A DNA stretch of 61,774 bases, the filler included, from Platydemus manokwari (taxonomy: Eukaryota), in assembly GCA_037951405.1 (NCBI GenBank). It is 5 parts of 5 records of this genome, joined end to end, with 100 filler letters (N's around TTAATTAATTAA, not from the genome) between each part and the next. Parts side by side here need not be neighbours in the genome. Positions count along the whole stretch, not along the records: positions 49,940 to 61,774 come from JBBMOY010444445.1; 4 more parts are not named here. One strand, 5' to 3'. Of this stretch, positions 54,405-61,774 are shown one piece after another (positions within the stretch are counted from its first letter, which is position 1; the number at the start of each line of letters is the position of its first letter). The notes below the pieces were generated by a model. It was not told where the DNA came from, made no database searches, and saw nothing but the letters and a program-made list of their open reading frames with translations. Made by a program: the position numbers and the translations under genes.

Positions 54405-54741
54405 ATGGCCTCCAATTATGCTAAAAAAATAGCTCAACTTTCTGGGAAAATATTTATGGACGTAGGGTATACACAATTAGTACACATTTCAAAAGTACAA
54501 ATTGTAATTTCATTATATTAATATTAATACAATTTAGATTGTCAAACTTTTTCGAGAAAAGCCTCGACCACAAATATTGGCCAATTGGTATCCTCCTGAT
54601 GAAGAGATGGATATCATTTTTAAGCATTTAAGGAAAATTGGTCTTTATCGAGATGAACATCAGGATTTTAAAGATGAAATGCAAAGATTAAGAGAATTGA
54701 GAGGAAAGTTTAAGAAGCCGAGACCAGAGAAATCTAAATGA
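54405..54741 (+). CDS. MRPS33: Mitochondrial ribosomal protein S33 (mS33); exons 54405-54494, 54538-54741
   Basis: MASNYAKKIAQLSGKIF.../IVKLFREKP...WYPP...LRKIGLYRDEHQDFKDEMQRLRELRGK; 43 nt GT-AG intron; not in the ORF track. Confidence 0.93.
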
Positions 54742-55380
54742 ATAAATAGGAAATTTTTAAATATATTTGAGAACATTAAGAGATGAATTTTTATGATATT
54801 ATTTGTAAAATTTAATTAATGAAATGGAGTTGGTTAGAAATTGTTAGGTACAGATAATTCGTTTTTTGAAAATGCTGTTAATGAATTTTCAAGAGTAATG
54901 AACAATTTCAATTATATATGTTCTAGCATCAAATCGTCACAAAAATAATCATAATATTTATAAGTTAGGATCAAACACCCCACTAATTTTAAACTTTTAA
55001 AGCTTGAATTCAATTTTTCGGATTTTTTTTTATTTTCTTATTATATAATTTTATATTAATCGGTTGTAATTACTCAGACCAAGATCTATTAATTGTGTGA
55101 AATTATTTTTTCCATAACTGAACTACGAGTTTTAATTTATAATTTCAAACGGTAAAAAATAAAATTACCTGAAACATCGTGTTTGAGTGATATCGAACTT
55201 TATTCTAATAGGAATACAATTTCGTATAACGGTCTTTAATTCTGAAATTTATAATTTGTAATCATCATATATTCAATTATATTAAAATTGTTACACGATA
55301 ATTCAAAACGATTTTGTTAAAATAGATAAAATTTAATCTTGAATTATTTTCAAATTTCTATTTTATTGTTCATAGAAAAA

Positions 55381-55629
55381 ATGGTTTGATTTTTATTAAT
55401 TTGGTATTTTTAATTTCGTGCAAAGGAAATAGAAGACCCGTTAGATAAATTGAAAACCGAATGTCAAGATCATTGTACAAAATATAACAAAAGTTTGAAT
55501 AGATGCACTGAAAGAGTCAATGGAGGGAAGTCGAAAATGCCTTCTGAAGATTGCTCAGAAGAACTTTTGGATCTAACTCACTGCATCGACCATTGTGTGT
55601 CAAAGCTAATTTTCACATTTTTAAAATAG
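55381..55629 (+). CDS. UQCRH: Cytochrome b-c1 complex subunit 6 (hinge protein); exons 55381-55383 (ATG only), 55426-55629
   Basis: M/EIEDPLDKLKTECQDHCTKYNKSLNRCTERVN...EDCSEELLDLTHCIDHCVSKLIFTFLK*; hinge Cys pattern; 42 nt GT-AG intron; not in the ORF track. Confidence 0.92.
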
Positions 55630-56010
55630 TTTTTTTGTACATGTGAAATAATTTTGAAAATTAATAACCATATATCATCCATGTTTAGTTAGATATTTAA
55701 AATAAAGATGATTGTAAAGAAAAACATTTTTCGAAGTTTCCATTTAGAATTGTTGATTTCTTTGTATATTTGCTTGATTTAATGTTAACACATGAATTAT
55801 TTGACATTATACGGGTTTTAAAAACTAAAATCGTGCATTGATTTCTGTGACTTAAGTAATCATTTAATAGTTAATTTTACATGTTTTTAGTTCTGTATAC
55901 TCTTTTTCCTATTATTTTGTTACTACTTCTATAGTCTTACTATATGTTATTATTATTTAAAAGTTCTTGAAATTCCAAAAGTTCAATAAAATATTATCTA
56001 GAAGTTGTAT

Positions 56011-59000
56011 TTAATGATTTTCATCATTACTAGCCATGACAGTGCGCATAAATACACATGATATTTGCACGGTAGCGTTGAGTATAAGATTATCTGTGAT
56101 CTTGCAAATATCTTCCCCAATCCAATGGTTCCAACTGTTCAATTGAGAAGTGACACAACTCGACTTTGAAATTTGTTGTGGGATCTGGGAATTATAATTG
56201 ATTAAAAACGAGACCTGAAGCGAATTGACATACCTGTTTGAGACCTAGTTGACAATTGTCGCTAACTCTGGGAACTGGGACTTCTTTTTCGTTAGGATAA
56301 TCTATATGTCCAGTATTGTTGTCATGGCATCTACAATTCAACAATTGATGGGTCCAGGAGCCATATGTTTCAGCTGAGTCTAGGTGAAGAGTAAAAATGT
56401 CTTTGAGTTCTTGCTTGGAAAATGCGGTCTGATTTGAATCGGATCTGGCGAGATCGACAATGCTGGTACTCAATTGTTGCTTGGCAATTTGTCGCTGCAA
56501 TAAACTTTCCTCGACAGTTCCGGTAGTTATTAATCTATATACAGCTACTCGTCCCTTTTGCCCATCTCTCCAAACGCGAGCCATTGTCTTCGAAGATATT
56601 AATATTAACAATTTATTTAATAACAATCGATACTTGCGCATCAACAGCCGGATTCCAATCCAAATCGTAAAGAATAATTTTATTAGCTCCTATCAGATTT
56701 AAACCTTCCCCTCCTGCCTTACAACTGAGCAACAATATTTCCTGTTGTAAATTATCTCCTGTTCTGTTGAAATCATTAACGATACGCATCCTTATTCCGG
56801 AAGCTGTTTGACCGTCTATACGTCGAATCTTCATCCCCAAATTATCACAAAGCTTCTGAAGAAGATCCAATGTCTGAAACGATGACAATCATTGATTTCA
56901 AAAAGATGTCTACCAAATTGGCCACACCTGTGTAAAATGAGATGCCAACACCAATTTCTCACCAGGTTTCAGTGCCATCAACATTTGAGCAGTTACCCAA
57001 AGTTTCCCACTATGTATTTGACCATCGATTACATCATAATGACCGGATATTAGATGGAGCCACATTTTATTTTCCTCACTTAAATATTCAAGATTCTTGA
57101 CAATTTCCTAAAATACCATTGATAAACATTCCCGTACAATTAACGCAAATATCTGGATGATTTATGTGTTAATCACAGATTAATGATTTGAGTGGCCATT
57201 ATAGAAAATATCAACAAATAGATTCTATTTACTTTAGATATATTTGCGACTCCTCCACGGGAGTGCCAAAAATAGAAAAATACTCCCCTCTAAGAATCCC
57301 TTGATCATTTATGTTTAATTGATGGATAAATTAAAAACTCTAATAATAATCATTCATTTCTGAGATGGTGTTATCGACATCAAACTAAACTATATCTCTT
57401 CACCCTAACAAATAAACCAATCAGTGAGCACCAAATCAAATTCATCACAAACATTGGAGAATTCAACATACAATCTATTAAATGCTCGATCTAACCTAAA
57501 ATTATCAATCGATATCACTCACCACCTCCACGCACACACACACACACACAATTGTTCATCAATGAAATGTTAATCATTTCTAATCAATCATTTCAATCAC
57601 TCGCTAATAGATTATTTTGATATCTTAAAATCTTAAAACAATCCCCTATCATTGAAACCAATTGAGTTTATAAGTGGTCACCCACCAAATCGAATATTAA
57701 AAGATCGCCTCACATCAAGCAAAGTGCGTTCTCGATTGTTTTCAAAGGATTTTCTGGTATTCTCTTTGTCGACAACATGTTTAATAAACAATATTGGATC
57801 ATTGCAGAGCTTTCTTAGGAGAATGATACAAGATAGTGCTTCCACTCCTTGACCAGCACAAGCCGATTCAGAATCCAAATGTTTCTGAAGAATTTGAGAT
57901 TTGAGAACGACATTGTACAGTTGAATCTGCATGGTTGATGGTTTACAGAAGATTATGTATTCGTCTGATCATTATATGCTCAATCATTCACACCAAATAA
58001 TGAGACAACCTTTAGGTGGTAAATAACGAATATTTACAACATCGGTACGGCGTAATATAAACGGTTGGGTGATGCGTTGCAGAATCAATGACATCTCATG
58101 ACCATGATCAATGACGTCTTGAGATGCACCTGGTTCGCGGGCCGCAGTGATGGGGTTAACAAATCGTTTCCGAAACGTTTCCTTATCGCAATTCAGCACA
58201 CCAGGATTAGCAAATTCAACCAGAGCATAAAACTCATCCATATCATTTTGTAAAGGTGTACCTGTAAGGAGAATTCTTCCGGCAATTTTCAATGATTCGA
58301 CTGCCTAGATTAAAATATTAAAAAAAAAACAAAAAAAAATAAAAAAAAAAAAAGAATAAAAATTCCAAAGCAACCATAAACGTTTTGATATTAGAATTCT
58401 TCAAACGGTGAGCCTCATCGCAAATTATAAGATCAAATGATAAATCTTGAACGAGATCAAGATTACGAATGAGCATTTCATACGACAAAATGAGCACAGA
58501 ATTGGATGGAGATTGAGTGGTAAATTGCTGAAAAATGGTCCGATTGATGAAACAAATAAAAAATCAATTACAAATGACGTAGATTCATTACTTCAATACG
58601 AGTATCACCGGTGATACAGAATGGTTTGATACGATTATTTCCAATCCATTTATCGAATTCAGATTTCCAGTTCTAGTTTGTATCAAGCCATTAATAATAT
58701 TATTACGATAAAAATCAATTTAATATGATCTTTCCTTACAAGAACGAGAGAACTTGGACAAACAATGAGACATTTCTGAATAAATGAGCCACTGTCATAT
58801 GGAGCCTGATTTAAAAGGGTCCATACAAGGGCTATCGTTTGGACGGTTTTGCCCAATCCCATCGCATCTCTATAATTGGTATAATATTTTAATAATAATA
58901 AATAATGATTAAATAAAAAATTAATAATTAAATAATAAAAATATTAATAATTAAATAACAAAAATAATAATTAAATAAAATAAATAATTAAATAACAAAA

Positions 59001-60395
59001 TAATAATAAAAATAATAATGATAATAATAATAAACATAAATAATAATTAAATAATAATTAAATAACAAAATAATAATGAAAAATAATAATAATTAAATAA
59101 ATAATAATTAAATAATAAAAATAAATTATAATCAAATAAAAAAAATAAATAATAAAAAATATTTCGATTATTCAAAAATTATTAGATAATTAACAATAAA
59201 CCATCGAAATAACAAACAATTATGTAATTAGAAAAAAAATTATATTGTTTTAAATTATTAAATCAATAGAAATCAATAACTCATACGCCAATATAGCACC
59301 CGTACCACCATGTGAACGCATTCCAAGAACACATTCATAAAGAAAAATCATCCCGTCTATTTGATGTGGCCTCATTCTTGTTGCTAAGCGAGTATCTAAT
59401 ATAACATCTCGAACAGGTGAGAAAGATTGATTGTATTTGAACTATAATAATTCGTAGGTCATTCATACAATTAATGATACTCACGATATGATTAGCAGAT
59501 GGCCTTGGCATTAACACGGAATCGACACTACAACTGCTATCATCACTTTCCTCTATGATTCTGTGTGATCCTATTTTGGTATTATTTCTGTTTGGTAATA
59601 CTGGTTGGTATTCTTTATTAACAAACGATATTTCTGTACAATGATTGATATTTTATTATTAATTATATCCAAATACTTAACTTGGTAAATCATAGCTATT
59701 CGACTTAATATCAACATTATTTCGTTCAAAACTTGGTTCATCAACAGGTGATAAAATTTCCACGAATTTTCCACCAATATAGAACGTAGCACCTTCTTCT
59801 ATGATTAATTTGGATAACTGTTTTTTTATACATGATCCTATTCTATCACACATTAATTGCAGAAATAACGTAGAAATTGCAATACAAAATATTTGAAATC
59901 AAAAAATTATATAATCATTTAATAATAATATATCATCTAATGTTTGCAAATAAAATATCATAATTACTCTTTGCCTTCATCAGACATTAATTTTATATTT
60001 GAATCAGACACTGATATGTAACCTGAGAAATATATTTCAAATCAATTACATGTAAAATCATTAAACCATCTCCTTCCCAGGTTTTGTGCTATATTTCAAT
60101 AATTAATAATTAATATTTTTAAAATTGATTATACCTTCTTTTTAGATGGTTTACCATATGCAACACTAAAATAACTGAAATTACAGTTCTCTTGAACTAC
60201 TATAGAATACAAGCTAATAATTACAGAAATAATTAAAAATTACAATTATTCTTAGACTCAGTAATTATTAATTGACCTTTATTTTCCACATGTCTTAGCT
60301 GTATATTTAATAATTACAATATTATATGTAATTAAGTTTACTTTTGGCATTTTGTAAGTATTAAGTAATTTGCTAGGAGCTGCATTTCTTCTCAT
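56011..60395 (-). CDS. RAD54B: DNA repair and recombination protein RAD54B (SNF2-family ATPase), multi-exon
   Basis: N-terminus MRRNAAPSKL (exon 60342-60395), YFSVAYGKPSKKK/HKTWEGD (RAD54B-type), DAMGLGKT, CDEAHRLKN, LLTGTPLQND, ILRRT, LRKLCNDP, LLSCKAGGEGLNLIGA...DLDWNPA, MARVWRDGQK; stop at 56011-56013. Not all internal exon boundaries were enumerated. Confidence 0.94.
58885..59165. repeat. A/T low-complexity minisatellite (aataattaaataa-type) within a RAD54B intron
   Basis: Directly visible. Confidence 0.8.
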
Positions 60396-60757
60396 TTGAA
60401 AATAACAATATCTTATATCAGCGCAGAATAATAGATATTTAAACAAAACATCAAAAAGAATAATAATTATATTTAGTGATAACTTAGTATAGATCATGAT
60501 ATTGTGATTTGTAATTATCCAAAATCGTCCAAATGTAAATATTAATATAAGTTAATTTTTTAGTATGTCATTATAATAAAATTTTATTGAAGATGAATTA
60601 GAATTAGTGTGTATAATTATATAAAAAACTGAGAATTTTAATTTTCATCGAGCTGATTATAATTATTTGTTCTTCTAAAATTATCAAAACTTTCAAAAAA
60701 AGTCAAAATTATACAAAAAATATAATCAAAAATATAATGTCATTTAATTGAATGATG

Positions 60758-61360
60758 GGGTTAAGTTTAAAAAGGGGTTCTTTAACTTATTTTTGTAATA
60801 ATAAATTTTAGCGGATGAGATAATTTTATAATAATTTTACATATAATTGTGATATTTGATTTATTCGTATAATTCACTTAATATCTCACTTCTTAGGATG
60901 CATAATATGGGCAAACATAATTTTTAAACGAAATTACTATTCTAATCACAACACTTCTATCTGATTATCTGACTTTTTTTAATATAAATTTCATAATTAT
61001 AAATCGAGTTAGTTAACTCTAGACATGTTGAATTATATCATTGCTTATTTTTACAAAATAATTGTAAAAATTGGGAGTGTCTCTCAATTTTCTTCTAATA
61101 TTAAAAGGGGTCATCGCTAATTTTAAATAAATTACAGATTAACCTGCTTTGATCTCTTTTTAAATAATCAAATTTTAGTAGATTGTGAATATCTAGTGTA
61201 TTTAATATTTTATTTCAAACAACTTAAACTCTTCTTAAGTTCTTAAATAAAAAATTCAAAAAGGCTATAAAGAATATAATTAAATAAACAATATAAATTT
61301 TGAGAATGCTCTCAACAAATTAAAATTTTTATTTTAAGACCCCTTTTTATTAACTTTGTA
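60758..61360 (-). mobile_element. MITE copy (Merlin-associated family) upstream of RAD54B
   Basis: gggttaagtttaaaaagggg...ccctttttattaactttg termini; body colinear with 36048-36659. Confidence 0.75.
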
Positions 61361-61774
61361 CGAATAATAGATGCCATCAACATTACTGTCGGGTGGATCA
61401 CAAAAACAACCAAAATATTCACGGAAACCAGAGAAACAACCCTCAAATGGTCGATAGGCACAGAATCGATAAAACACTTGCCAACAGCCAATCATATTCT
61501 TCCTAAATATCTATCCATATTTAGAATTCAATAATCAACTGGGAGAATATTAGCGTTTTGGCAACTAAAATTGAGACCCGCCAAGGCACAAGATATAAAA
61601 GAACATTTTCTAGCAGACCAACTCGTGAACTGTTTTGATGGAAACTAGTTTGGTGATAATTGAATAGTAAATCAACGATTTTTCAACCGATAATTACTAT
61701 ATATAAGTGAATGACTGTGAGTTCGAGATTGATGTTTCCACCAATATCTGAGACTTCACAGAATAATAGGTTGC

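Noticed and set aside
55223-55254. cgtataacggtctttaattctgaaatttataa loosely resembles the planarian spliced leader as I remember it
   Set aside because: Needs several gaps, lacks the terminal ATG|GT donor, and the reference is from memory only.

Overview
Very AT-rich eukaryotic scaffold with 42-50 nt GT-AG introns and five N-gaps, four of which carry an artificial TTAATTAATTAA linker. Composition and gene content suggest a triclad flatworm (planarian); this is an inference. The left ~49 kb is gene-poor and rich in decayed transposons. It holds an intronless membrane-anchored FkbM-type methyltransferase, the 3' five exons of a malic enzyme, two intronless rhodopsin-class GPCRs, a Merlin transposon remnant with related ~600 bp MITEs, an internally deleted Tc1/mariner element, and LINE and hAT fragments. 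The right ~12 kb is gene-dense: myosin regulatory light chain (cut by a gap), an intronless atypical PIM-like kinase, MRPS33, UQCRH and RAD54B. The best find is an apparently intact type III hammerhead ribozyme on the minus strand at 52223-52285. It lies ~735 nt downstream of, and in sense to, the intronless kinase and is followed by a partial duplicate of its 3' half. Other leads are a candidate glycan O-methyltransferase, a possible trans-spliced MRPS33-UQCRH dicistron and a pseudoknot-capable structured element at ~5.3 kb.
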